A program made the translations under genes and the position numbers. From the IMG/VR virus record IMGVR_UViG_3300048598_000519, positions 1 through 37,509 of that record: DNA of 37,509 nt; one strand, written 5' to 3'. The notes below the pieces were generated by a model, which saw only the letters and a list, made by a program, of their open reading frames with translations, did not search any database and was not told the origin of the DNA. Source of the DNA: a virus. Lineage: Duplodnaviria; Caudoviricetes. Shown here one piece after another: positions 1-9,109 of the stretch (position 1 is its first letter; every line of letters starts with the position of its first letter).

Positions 1-1575
1 TTATTCTTTATTATTTGCCTCTATCACGATTCCAGATTTGAATTCAACAACCATCCGGTCATTAAAAATTACGACTCTCTCAAAAAGTTTTCTCACCAAT
101 GTTTCATCAAATTCAAGAACTGCCCCGCTCTGTTCATCAAGAAAATCGGACATCTCGGCAATACGCTGATGCTTACTTTGATGGTCAGTATTATACGAAA
201 TGATTCTTTGTTTTAAATCCCTTAAGCGGTAAATTTCACTGACTATGCTATCATATGAGGACTTGGAATTAGCTACCCGCAGCAATTCGTTTTGTAACTC
301 TTCAAGCTTTGAATCTATATCATTGTAATTTTGACCACATTCTTCTCCCAGCACAGTTTCAATGTTTTTCTTTAATGTTTCCAAAAAATCATATTTGTCA
401 TCGATAATCAGGTTTATAGTTTTAACTACACTCTGCTTTAATACTTCTTCATTGATCGTTTTAGATGAACAATCAGACCCTTTTTCCTCCAGGCGGCTCA
501 CGCACCGCCACACGATTGACCTACATCCCCGGTTATTCCAATGAACCCGCCGGTAAATCTCCCCACACTCCCCGCAGAACACGATACCGGAAAGCGCGTA
601 TTTAGAGCTATAGATTCGCTTACTGCCGCTTTTACCTGCTTGAAGATTGACTCTGCGGGCCGTTTCTTCCCGCACCTGCATAAACAGTTCATGCGGGATA
701 ATCGCTTCATGGCTGTTTTCCACATAATACTGCGGTACGATGCCGTTATTAACCACCCGCTTTTTTGAAAGAAAATCCACTGTGTAAGTTTTTTGTAGCA
801 ATGCATCACCTATATATTTCTCATTTTTAAGAATTTTACGCAAGGTTTCCGGCCTCCACCTGTGTTTTTCAGCCGCGGTCAGAATATCGTCCGCCTCTAA
901 ACCACGACCGATCTGCAACAGGCTTGCTCCCTCCAAGTATTCACGGAATATGCGTTTAACTACTTCAGCCTCTTCGGGAACAATCACCAGCCGCTTGTTT
1001 TCATCTTTGGTATAGCCCAAAAACCGGTTGTGGTTGACCTGAATCTCACCCTGTTGGTAGCGGTATTGTATCCCAAGCTTGACATTCTGACTTAGCGACT
1101 GGCTCTCCTGCTGGGCAAGTGAGGCCATGATGGTCAGCATAATCTCGCCTTTGGAATCCATCGAATTGATGTTTTCTTTTTCAAAGAATACCGGTATATT
1201 TTTATCCTTTAACTGCCGGATATATTTCAAGCAATCCAACGTGTTGCGTGCAAACCGGCTGATGGATTTAGTAATGACCATATCAATCCTTCCAGCCATG
1301 CATTCCCCGATCATCCGGTTAAATTCCGTTCTTTTCTTCGTGTTGGTACCGGTTATTCCATCATCCGCAAATATGCCCGCCAATTTCCATTCCGGATTGT
1401 TATTAATATAAGAAGTGTAATGCTCGATTTGTACTTCATAACTGGAGGCCTGTTCCTCATTATCGGTGGAAACCCTGCAGTATGCCGCCACACGCAGTTT
1501 TTGCTTTTGATCCTGTTTTATAGTATTGCCTATCATGGGCTTTGCGGGTATTACCCTCACACTTCTGCTATTCAT
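1..1575 (-). CDS. Large serine recombinase (resolvase + recombinase + zinc-ribbon + coiled coil)
   Basis: Catalytic motif [18 protein letters not shown], and zinc ribbon CGECG...WRC...C. Start placed at ATG 1575 ([11 protein letters not shown]), overlapping the upstream stop, rather than at 1638. Confidence 0.92.
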   Translation of the reverse strand: MNSRSVRVIPAKPMIGNTIKQDQKQKLRVAAYCRVSTDNEEQASSYEVQIEHYTSYINNNPEWKLAGIFADDGITGTNTKKRTEFNRMIGECMAGRIDMVITKSISRFARNTLDCLKYIRQLKDKNIPVFFEKENINSMDSKGEIMLTIMASLAQQESQSLSQNVKLGIQYRYQQGEIQVNHNRFLGYTKDENKRLVIVPEEAEVVKRIFREYLEGASLLQIGRGLEADDILTAAEKHRWRPETLRKILKNEKYIGDALLQKTYTVDFLSKKRVVNNGIVPQYYVENSHEAIIPHELFMQVREETARRVNLQAGKSGSKRIYSSKYALSGIVFCGECGEIYRRVHWNNRGCRSIVWRCVSRLEEKGSDCSSKTINEEVLKQSVVKTINLIIDDKYDFLETLKKNIETVLGEECGQNYNDIDSKLEELQNELLRVANSKSSYDSIVSEIYRLRDLKQRIISYNTDHQSKHQRIAEMSDFLDEQSGAVLEFDETLVRKLFERVVIFNDRMVVEFKSGIVIEANNKE

Positions 1576-1990
1576 CTGTTGCCTCCTCACATTCAATAAA
1601 ACTATAGGCATATTCCGCCTGTTCAAAAGGGTCATCATAAAGCTTCTGAGGTGTCGGCGCGCGGAAACTCAAAACTTGGAAAACCTTCTTTTCATTTGGT
1701 TCCCGAATTTTTCCTGATTGTTCTGCTCGTCGGCGCCTTCCCGCCTGCACCTCTTCAAACAGGCCTTCATCAATAACGGATGGATAAAAAGTATCTTTTG
1801 CATACCGAATATCCGACAGCATCTTGGCAATTGATGCATGGCACCGGCATATGCCCGCTTTTTTAGCGGCATCAGTCAGTGAAAGCCCTGATAAATATGC
1901 GTTAAATAATGCAATTAACTTTCCGACCTTTGCATTATCGATTATCGCCTTCCCGTTTTTAATCAAATAACCATATGGTATATGCCCCAC
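1568..1990 (-). CDS. Small recombinase-associated protein (recombinase DNA-binding-like domain, no catalytic domain)
   Basis: 140 aa starting GHIPYGY, like the PYGY motif of LSR recombinase domains. Translationally coupled between the two LSR genes. Confidence 0.75.
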   Translation of the reverse strand: MGHIPYGYLIKNGKAIIDNAKVGKLIALFNAYLSGLSLTDAAKKAGICRCHASIAKMLSDIRYAKDTFYPSVIDEGLFEEVQAGRRRRAEQSGKIREPNEKKVFQVLSFRAPTPQKLYDDPFEQAEYAYSFIECEEATDE

Positions 1991-3559
1991 TCACCGCTCC
2001 AGCCTTTCCCTTAGCGTCAAACCGCATTTCATTTTAAGGCCTATTTCTGCAGGCGAAAAAACAATTATCTTATCTACAAACCGGTCAAAAAGCTCTTCAT
2101 CAAAATCCTGCATTTGTTTTCCTGCCTTTACAGCGAATTTTAATAGCTTTTCGACTTCCTCAGCCGTTGTAAGCCTGCTAGATATTGTCCGGGAAAGAAC
2201 TTCTTTTTGCTCCTTGAGTTTGGCTGCTTCCATACGAAGCGCGTTGTTTTGAGCATTAAAAAGAGCGGGCCCGATGTATCCTTTCGTCATGAACTCAGAA
2301 AGCATCCAGCTCCGCTCAGCATTTTCTTCGATCTGTTTTTCCAATTCCTTTATCTGTATAAGGTTCTCTGTATACTCTACTTCTTTCAGGCTCTGTTTCA
2401 GAGGTTTTAGAACAAATGAATGCCCGAAAATAAGCTTATTGATCATGGTGACAAACGCCTGTTGGATCGCATCCTCCCGAATAAATCGCATAGAGCATCC
2501 AGAAATATCCCTAATATGCTTTGAACAACACCAGGCAATATATTTATTATCTCCGCCGCCATGTGTCCGCCGTTTAAATGAACTTCCGCACTCAGAACAC
2601 TTGATCTTTCCGGAAAAAACATAACGGTTTTGATATTTTCCTATTTCCTGCGATACACCTTTTTCCTTTCCTCGTTGCCTTATAATTTCCGCAACTCTCT
2701 CAAAATCCTCCCGGCTGACAATAGGCTCATGATGGTCCTCAATAAAATACTGCTCCTTCTCGCCACGGTTGGCATGCCGGTTGAATTGCTCATCTGTATA
2801 GGTTTTTTGTAATAATACATCCCCTGTCAGTTTTTCATTACCAAGAAGCCCCCGCACAGCAGATGCGCTCCAGTGCCTGCCGCGTTTAGCCAAAATCCCT
2901 TCCTTATTCAGCGCGTTGGCAATCTTCTGGGTACCCATACCGGATAACGCGTCTTTGAATATCCGGCGCACCACTGCAGCCTGCTCTTCATTGACCGTTA
3001 CACTCTCGTCCGCGTAATCAAGCCCATAAGGCGGGTAGGTTAGCTTATATGTCCCGTTTCTGAACCGCCGCTGCAAGCCCCACTTGTTGTTTTGTGAAAT
3101 CGAGATGGATTCATTTTCCGCAAGGCTGCTTAAGATCGTCAGCATCAATTCCCCATCCATTGACCGTGTATTGATATTCTCTTTCTCGAAATAAACATGT
3201 ATGCCCAAACCGTTCAGCTTTCGTATGATCTCCAAACAGTCCAGCGTATTGCGGACAAATCGACTGATGGACTTTGTAACAATAAAATCAATCTTTCTAT
3301 TTTCACAATCGCTCAAAAGCCGCTGCAATTCCGCCCTCTTCGCTTTCTTGGTGCCGGTGATGCCTTCGTCGTAATAAATCCCGGCAAAAACCCATTCCGG
3401 GTTTGCTTTGATGTAGGCTTCATAATGGCTTTTCTGCGTTTCCAGGCTGGCAAGCTGCTCTTCACTGTCTGTCGATACCCGGCAGTAGGCTGCCACCCGC
3501 AGCCTGGGTTTGGTTGTCAGGTTTGCTTCATTTGGGTTGATTTTTGTTACTCTGCGCAT
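1991..3559 (-). CDS. Large serine recombinase
   Basis: [22 protein letters not shown], zinc ribbon CSECG...WCC...C, C-terminal coiled coil; 522 aa. Confidence 0.92.
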   Translation of the reverse strand: MRRVTKINPNEANLTTKPRLRVAAYCRVSTDSEEQLASLETQKSHYEAYIKANPEWVFAGIYYDEGITGTKKAKRAELQRLLSDCENRKIDFIVTKSISRFVRNTLDCLEIIRKLNGLGIHVYFEKENINTRSMDGELMLTILSSLAENESISISQNNKWGLQRRFRNGTYKLTYPPYGLDYADESVTVNEEQAAVVRRIFKDALSGMGTQKIANALNKEGILAKRGRHWSASAVRGLLGNEKLTGDVLLQKTYTDEQFNRHANRGEKEQYFIEDHHEPIVSREDFERVAEIIRQRGKEKGVSQEIGKYQNRYVFSGKIKCSECGSSFKRRTHGGGDNKYIAWCCSKHIRDISGCSMRFIREDAIQQAFVTMINKLIFGHSFVLKPLKQSLKEVEYTENLIQIKELEKQIEENAERSWMLSEFMTKGYIGPALFNAQNNALRMEAAKLKEQKEVLSRTISSRLTTAEEVEKLLKFAVKAGKQMQDFDEELFDRFVDKIIVFSPAEIGLKMKCGLTLRERLER

Positions 3560-3573
3560 TATTATTACCCCTT

Positions 3574-3615
3574 GTTAGTGTGACATAATACCTCTAAGTG
3601 TGAGAATTAGCAAGT
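3574..3615 (-). promoter_or_regulatory. Phage-conserved promoter/operator motif upstream of the recombinase operon
   Basis: ACTTGCT-N11-TTAGAG-N12-ACTAAC; near-identical architecture at 25602-25642. Confidence 0.55.
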
Positions 3616-3618
3616 GAA

Positions 3619-3843
3619 TTAAGGCATGATCTTCGCCAGCATCGGCGAGAAAGAATTTCGGTTCAACATGTCGATTTTGGTATATTCCTCTTTTGTTATT
3701 AGGCCTTTTTGCAGCATATCATTAAGAATTCTACATGAGCGCCAATAATTTAATTCCTTTTGAAGCACTTCGTGCGGTACAGTTTTTGGCTTGTAAACCA
3801 AACGGCTGTCCGGCTGGCTGATTGTTCGTATAACCTGTCCCAT
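3619..3843 (-). CDS. SHOCT-like small protein preceding the recombinases
   Basis: MLQKGLITKEEYTKI is a SHOCT-like motif. Start ATG 3843 follows a GGGAG SD. Confidence 0.65.
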   Translation of the reverse strand: MGQVIRTISQPDSRLVYKPKTVPHEVLQKELNYWRSCRILNDMLQKGLITKEEYTKIDMLNRNSFSPMLAKIMP

Positions 3844-3869
3844 AATCTCCCTCAAACGTAGTAATATAT

Positions 3870-3903
3870 AAAAAGAAAACGGCGCCGCATGAAGCAGCGC
3901 CGC
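3870..3903 (-). terminator. Intrinsic terminator ending the lysis module
   Basis: GCGGCGCTGC-TTCAT-GCGGCGCCGT followed by TTTCTTTTT. Confidence 0.8.
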
Positions 3904-3919
3904 ATAAACGTTTTATTTT

Positions 3920-4102
3920 CTAGAACCCTGTTTTATCAGTTGGGTTATTAAAGATACCAACCGCCACCCCGGCGGCAATAGCCAGTGTGACGAATTCGTC
4001 CCAGCCGGGGATCTCAAACCCCAGCCATGTTTTCACTATAAAAAAAAGAAGCGCCGCTAGAGCGCTCCAGGCTACCGGGCTTTTCCATCTTGATTGTTCC
4101 AT
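3920..4102 (-). CDS. Holin
   Basis: 60 aa with two hydrophobic segments, an SRWKS start and a GIFNNPT end typical of small Firmicutes phage holins; next to the endolysin. Confidence 0.75.
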   Translation of the reverse strand: MEQSRWKSPVAWSALAALLFFIVKTWLGFEIPGWDEFVTLAIAAGVAVGIFNNPTDKTGF

Positions 4103-4103
4103 A

Positions 4104-4820
4104 TTATTTTTCCTCCTGTATTTTTATCTGCTGCCCAGCGTGAATGAGCGATGGGTTTTTCAGGTCGTTTAATTTGGCAAGCGCAGAAACCGATGTTTTG
4201 TATCTTTTCGCGATCTCCCACAGCGTATCGCCTTTTTTTACGGTATAAACCATATAAGTTACGGGTTTTACTTCTTTCCGAAATAAAACGTAAGAATTAT
4301 CATATTCAACGCCCTTGAGCTTCCCATAATGCGTCCACTTCTGCGTTTTAAGATCGGATATCACCACGCCATGCGCGACACCACGGCTCTCGCATACCTT
4401 GCCGTTGCCGAGATAGATGCCTATATGCCCATCCTTCCAAACAGCAAGGCCCGCCGTTTCAGGGATTTCATCGACCGGTCCGGATTTTACAAACTGTGCC
4501 TTAAACGTATCGGCGCTGCGGTCGTAGTAATCCGGGGTCTGTGTCCTGAATGCCTGTACGATTAGGCCTGAACAATCAGCGATACGCCTGGGTGGTGTAT
4601 ACCACTGTTTCGCGCTTGTTATAAAATATGCCGCAGTTTTCCCAGAACGTTTGACGCCTGCCCATTTCTTTGCGAGCTCCTCAGTATACAATTCTCCCTG
4701 ACCGCCCAAGACATACCCCCAGCGGTCCTTATGATATTCGATGCCGTTTGCCTGTTTTTCGACCAGGCTGTCGTAGCCTGCCATTTTTAGAGCTTCTGCT
4801 ACTAATTCCCTGTTGTTCAT
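4104..4820 (-). CDS. Endolysin, NlpC/P60 peptidase + LysM
   Basis: YVLGG...DCSGL...GHIGIY catalytic motifs; C-terminal LysM ([13 protein letters not shown]...[18 protein letters not shown]). Confidence 0.88.
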   Translation of the reverse strand: MNNRELVAEALKMAGYDSLVEKQANGIEYHKDRWGYVLGGQGELYTEELAKKWAGVKRSGKTAAYFITSAKQWYTPPRRIADCSGLIVQAFRTQTPDYYDRSADTFKAQFVKSGPVDEIPETAGLAVWKDGHIGIYLGNGKVCESRGVAHGVVISDLKTQKWTHYGKLKGVEYDNSYVLFRKEVKPVTYMVYTVKKGDTLWEIAKRYKTSVSALAKLNDLKNPSLIHAGQQIKIQEEK

Positions 4821-4821
4821 A

Positions 4822-5151
4822 TTATTTTTCCTCCCTTTTTACCGTAGGCAATTCGTTCAGTTCTTCTACGATGTGGTCGATGGCGCCGTTGCCTCCCAGC
4901 GCCTTATATGCCGCATACATTTCTTCTACGCTCTCCCGTACTGATAGCGGGCAATGCTCCAGCCGGATATATTTCTCGTAATTGTGTATGATCCGGTCCC
5001 GCAGCATGCATTTGATTCCCGTCTGAACAGCGCTCGTCGCACATCGCGCGGTCTTCGCCTCTTTGAACAGCTTTTTTACCAAAAAAGAAAGCCCCGTCAG
5101 AACAATTCCGAACAGGGCTTCCAGCCAGTATTTTGTTATGAATTCATGCAA
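4822..5151 (-). CDS. Lysis-module membrane protein (holin-like)
   Basis: Single N-terminal TM segment, LRDRI and YKALGGNG motifs, immediately upstream of the endolysin. Confidence 0.6.
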   Translation of the reverse strand: MHEFITKYWLEALFGIVLTGLSFLVKKLFKEAKTARCATSAVQTGIKCMLRDRIIHNYEKYIRLEHCPLSVRESVEEMYAAYKALGGNGAIDHIVEELNELPTVKREEK

Positions 5152-5164
5152 TCAACATTCCCCC

Positions 5165-6469
5165 TTAAACCGTAAGATTTTTTAACACGCCATCAACCAA
5201 TACCTTGATTTCGCTTACCTGCTTTAAGCTGCCGTTTACCAGTACCTGCTGCTCCGCCACGCTCTTTAAGGAGCCCGAAACCAATACTTTTAGCGGCGTT
5301 CCCATCATAATGAGCGCCGTTGCCGCCGACCATGCGCCCCTGACGCTGTATGCATCGTATCCCCGGACCAAAAACTTCCACTGCATTCCGGGCGTCCAGC
5401 CTGTCGTTGCTACAGATACTGAAACCGCTAAGCCCGAAGCATTCGTGCCTACGATCTGTCCGCCGCCATAGTCCGTCCCGTCCGGGTATTGCATTTTGGC
5501 TTCGTACCCCGCAATATCACCAGCCATGCCAGAATCCGGATCCCTCGGATTGGGCGGTGTAAACGATACAACAATCGTCTCCCCGGGCGAGTATACACTT
5601 TTATTGGTGGTTGGCGTCCCTGTCGGGGTATTGGGTACTTTATTCTTTATGACGGCATAAGAATATCCGGAATAAACGCCTCCGGCATAATTCGAAAGTG
5701 ATCCGACTCTGAAGCAAACAAACTTTCCTCGGCCCCAACCTGCAAGTACGCCGCCTGGAATATCATAATACGTTGCATTGGCATCCAGAATAACAGAAGT
5801 CTCCGCGCTCCAGTTCACGCCGTCATCGGAAGTCAGGTATCGCACATCATGCGCTGTAATCGGGTTATAGGTTCCGTCTCCGCCCTTATACCAGGACAAT
5901 CGCAATGCAGACTCAAAAGCATTCGGGCTTTGCGAAAGGTTCCAGGGTGCGGATGGAGCTGTCGGCGGCGTATAGGAAATCAGCAAATCGTGATTCGCAG
6001 CTGTCGTTGAAAACCGTTTGGCATCGTTACTGCCGCTTGTGGAATTGGGTACACGTTCCAGCTTGAAGATATGCGCCGGGCTGTTGTTGTTTACAATCCA
6101 CTGAATAAGCCCCGTCACATTGAAGCTTCGGTCTCCGGCTCCTGTTCCTGAAAGCGCCACTGTAAGACCTGTCGCAGCCAGTGCGGGCTGTGAATTCCAT
6201 GTAAAAGCACCCCAGTTGCCGGATCGAAGCGTGATCAGTATGTTTTCCGATAGCGAATATCCGCCCGATACCTGCGCTAACCGCAGCGTAGCCGAATTGA
6301 TGACCGATCCGGCCGGGATTTCATCGTTAACACTGTCAAAATTAAAAAAACAGTTGTTTACCTTTGAACTGGAATACCTTCCGACGTCGCACGAACCCGT
6401 ATTGGCCTGTGACGGATATTGGCTGTCGATCTCACAGATATTTAACCCTGTCTTATTGCATTCAGCCAA
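5165..6469 (-). CDS. Tail fibre / receptor-binding protein (DNRLRE-like domain + FN3-like domains)
   Basis: FNFDS...IPAGSVINSATLRL...TWNSQP (DNRLRE-like) and two FN3-like segments; last gene of the tail module. Confidence 0.6.
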   Translation of the reverse strand: MAECNKTGLNICEIDSQYPSQANTGSCDVGRYSSSKVNNCFFNFDSVNDEIPAGSVINSATLRLAQVSGGYSLSENILITLRSGNWGAFTWNSQPALAATGLTVALSGTGAGDRSFNVTGLIQWIVNNNSPAHIFKLERVPNSTSGSNDAKRFSTTAANHDLLISYTPPTAPSAPWNLSQSPNAFESALRLSWYKGGDGTYNPITAHDVRYLTSDDGVNWSAETSVILDANATYYDIPGGVLAGWGRGKFVCFRVGSLSNYAGGVYSGYSYAVIKNKVPNTPTGTPTTNKSVYSPGETIVVSFTPPNPRDPDSGMAGDIAGYEAKMQYPDGTDYGGGQIVGTNASGLAVSVSVATTGWTPGMQWKFLVRGYDAYSVRGAWSAATALIMMGTPLKVLVSGSLKSVAEQQVLVNGSLKQVSEIKVLVDGVLKNLTV

Positions 6470-6482
6470 ATCTCATCCCCCC

Positions 6483-7142
6483 TTATGGAACATATTTAAC
6501 GAAGAGGGTTCCGTTCGGTTTGCCCGCCGTAGCGGGCGTTGTACCGGAATAGATATATACATTGACTACCTGCAGGTCGTCCGCACCCACGTTTCCCGTG
6601 ATCTCCAGCGCGGCTAAAGATGTATGTACATGGTTGGCTGCCGCTTTGCCGTCGATATCCTGTTTCAGGCTGGCGACAGAGTAGACAAGCGTTCGCTCAT
6701 CGGCGAAACTTCCTGATATGATGCCAGTGGAATCTGCCCGGAGCTTGATGAACGGCATCTGGTGCAGGGTGCCGCCCGCGTTGATATCGTCCTGCGTCAG
6801 CGCCGGATAGGCTGAAGAGTCTGTCAACACCTTGAAGCTGCCCTGCATGAACTCGGTCTCCGTGTTGGTCTGGTTCAAATTCACTTCAAACACCACACGC
6901 ATATACTGCGTCTGTCCTGCGGGTACGGACGGTATGCCTATGCTTTCCGGCGAGGTGATATATACGAGCCTTCCGCAGGCAAAGAACACCCCGGTGGCTA
7001 TGCTTATAGCCGATGCCCCGTTCTGGCTCACTCCACAGCCGGATATGATGCAGGATTGATTGACCATGGCCAGCGTATGGCATAACCCGTCGTCCTGCGA
7101 CTTGACCTTTTGTTTGTCAAATGTAACTGCTCTAATAGCCAA
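6483..7142 (-). CDS. Baseplate/tail tip protein
   Basis: Position in the tail module; LTQDDINAGG motif seen in siphophage baseplate proteins; coupled to its neighbours. Confidence 0.6.
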   Translation of the reverse strand: MAIRAVTFDKQKVKSQDDGLCHTLAMVNQSCIISGCGVSQNGASAISIATGVFFACGRLVYITSPESIGIPSVPAGQTQYMRVVFEVNLNQTNTETEFMQGSFKVLTDSSAYPALTQDDINAGGTLHQMPFIKLRADSTGIISGSFADERTLVYSVASLKQDIDGKAAANHVHTSLAALEITGNVGADDLQVVNVYIYSGTTPATAGKPNGTLFVKYVP

Positions 7143-8138
7143 TCAAATAACCCCTTTCAATTTATCCGTAAGCGTCAGCCTCGCGTCCCCAAACTTAAAA
7201 AGCGCCGTTTTCGCGGCGCTCCTTTGGACTTTAAAGCTGATATATGAATCATAAACTCCGGTTTTTGTCTTGAGTTTTACCCTGTCATAAAGGTGCATGT
7301 TTGCAGTATCATACAGCTTTGAACTTGATAGTATCTCCGCCTCGATCAGATGGCTGTATTTGTTTTTAGCAAATAAATCCCCTGCTGTAATTTCAGCATC
7401 TGCGGCATTTTCGCAGTATACCGTATCAACCCTGCCATGCACCCGAATGCCTGCCATGGGATTTGTTCCAAATATGCCATCATCAAACAGGTAATAGGTC
7501 AAAACGCTTGTCAATGTTTTTACTGTTAATTTTGAAACACAATCGGATACAACCGTTTCGTTCAGATTTAAAACATCCGCCACGGTCGCGTCAATGATAT
7601 GGACTGGCGGCATACGGTTTTCAATGCCCACATTCAGCGCCTCCGGCGTTATCACAAAATCGGCAAAGATATGATGGCGCATGGCGCAGTACCTTAAAAA
7701 CGTATCGAGGCTGTAGATCCCGTTCTCATTATGCGGTGTTATATCAAGCGATGTTTGGGTTTTCGATAATGCTGCGATATATGGTATATCAAATAAAGTA
7801 TCTCCGGAATTTACGAAATTATCATTAATGGCTGATAAAATATAGTTCTCTGTCACTGCCTGCGGAGTACCAAGCAGGATGTTCCTTGTAAAGATGCTGT
7901 TCACCGGTAAAGACCGCAGCGTAACCACGCTCGTGTTTTTATCTGCTTCTATGCCGGATATAATGCCAAGATAAACACCGCGCAGCAAAATATAGTCGTC
8001 ATTGCTTGCATTCGGAGCAGACGCAAAACTGAAACTGCTTTGCACCGGGGACGCCGTATCTTCGTTGATTTCATAACTGATAATGGATGCTGTATCTTTT
8101 ACCTTTAAATCTGTTTTTGATATGATATATCCCTGCAT
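7143..8138 (-). CDS. Tail hub (Tal-like) protein
   Basis: Follows the Dit-like gene; C-terminal LYDRV...FG..RLTLTDKLK pattern. Confidence 0.6.
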   Translation of the reverse strand: MQGYIISKTDLKVKDTASIISYEINEDTASPVQSSFSFASAPNASNDDYILLRGVYLGIISGIEADKNTSVVTLRSLPVNSIFTRNILLGTPQAVTENYILSAINDNFVNSGDTLFDIPYIAALSKTQTSLDITPHNENGIYSLDTFLRYCAMRHHIFADFVITPEALNVGIENRMPPVHIIDATVADVLNLNETVVSDCVSKLTVKTLTSVLTYYLFDDGIFGTNPMAGIRVHGRVDTVYCENAADAEITAGDLFAKNKYSHLIEAEILSSSKLYDTANMHLYDRVKLKTKTGVYDSYISFKVQRSAAKTALFKFGDARLTLTDKLKGVI

Positions 8139-8140
8139 CG

Positions 8141-8995
8141 CTACACCGCCTTGTATGAAGTAAAAACCGTAATAATAGATTTAGATGCAATCGAATTATC
8201 AGCACTCAAGCTCAGTGTCGACAAACCTCTGGGTAATTTAAAGAAATTATTATTTTCTACAGAAATACTTCCAATCAAATTTTCCTCTATTCCATCACCT
8301 AACCGCTTTTTTAACATAAGTTCATCATCTTTGGTACAATAAATTAAAGACTCTCCTGTTTCAATAACAGCCGTAATAGATAATTCTGATTGCAAAACTC
8401 CATCTATATATAAGGATAGCTTTGGATTAACCAGCTCGCCTTCCGCTTCCAAAAGAATAGGTGCATCAAAATGCCCGTCGTTGAAAATTTCTATTGCATC
8501 CGTCGAAACGTCACTGTAAATATATTCATACATGCGTTCATATCGAAGCTCTGTACCTGTTTTTTCAGCAACAACCCTCAAACTTTCCCGTTTATACCAG
8601 GCGCTTTTTAAGGTGATTGCGATATCGCATTCCATTCGCCCGCCTTTAACATCGGTTTTTGAAAGGCTCTCTATTTCGATATCCGCAAGGAACTCCTGGT
8701 TTGATGTTTCAAATCTTGGCGCATAGACAAGCTTAATATCACGGGTAGTCGCGATAAAATTTACAAGTGTCCGGTATCTATCATATGCTGCTGGCGCGTT
8801 GAATACGATCACACCAGTCAAAGAACGAAGCGGAAACTTTTCATCCACACAACGCCCGGCGTCACCGGTAATCTCATAACTTCTTGTCATCGTCAATCCA
8901 AGACCTGCAGGAGAAATCAAAAAAGCACCGTTTTTCAAATCCTGCAGATTAAAGCGCTGATTTTGAGAATTTTCAAGATAGAATCGTCTGTGCAT
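8141..8995 (-). CDS. Distal tail (Dit-like) baseplate protein
   Basis: 284 aa, first tail gene after TMP once the moron is skipped; NDGHFDAP, LVNP and FFKLPRG motifs. Confidence 0.7.
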   Translation of the reverse strand: MHRRFYLENSQNQRFNLQDLKNGAFLISPAGLGLTMTRSYEITGDAGRCVDEKFPLRSLTGVIVFNAPAAYDRYRTLVNFIATTRDIKLVYAPRFETSNQEFLADIEIESLSKTDVKGGRMECDIAITLKSAWYKRESLRVVAEKTGTELRYERMYEYIYSDVSTDAIEIFNDGHFDAPILLEAEGELVNPKLSLYIDGVLQSELSITAVIETGESLIYCTKDDELMLKKRLGDGIEENLIGSISVENNNFFKLPRGLSTLSLSADNSIASKSIITVFTSYKAV

Positions 8996-9022
8996 ATGTT
9001 TTCCGCCTTCTTTATAAGCAAT

Positions 9023-9046
9023 AAAAAAGAGGGTTTAAAAACCCTC
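9023..9046 (-). terminator. Intrinsic terminator of the lipoprotein/subtilase moron
   Basis: GAGGGTTT-TT-AAACCCTC-TTTTTT. Confidence 0.75.
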
Positions 9047-9109
9047 AAAACAACCTTTCGTTGTTTATTTTTCGGTATGTATTAGTCCGCAATCTTTTCC
9101 GCTGTTATG

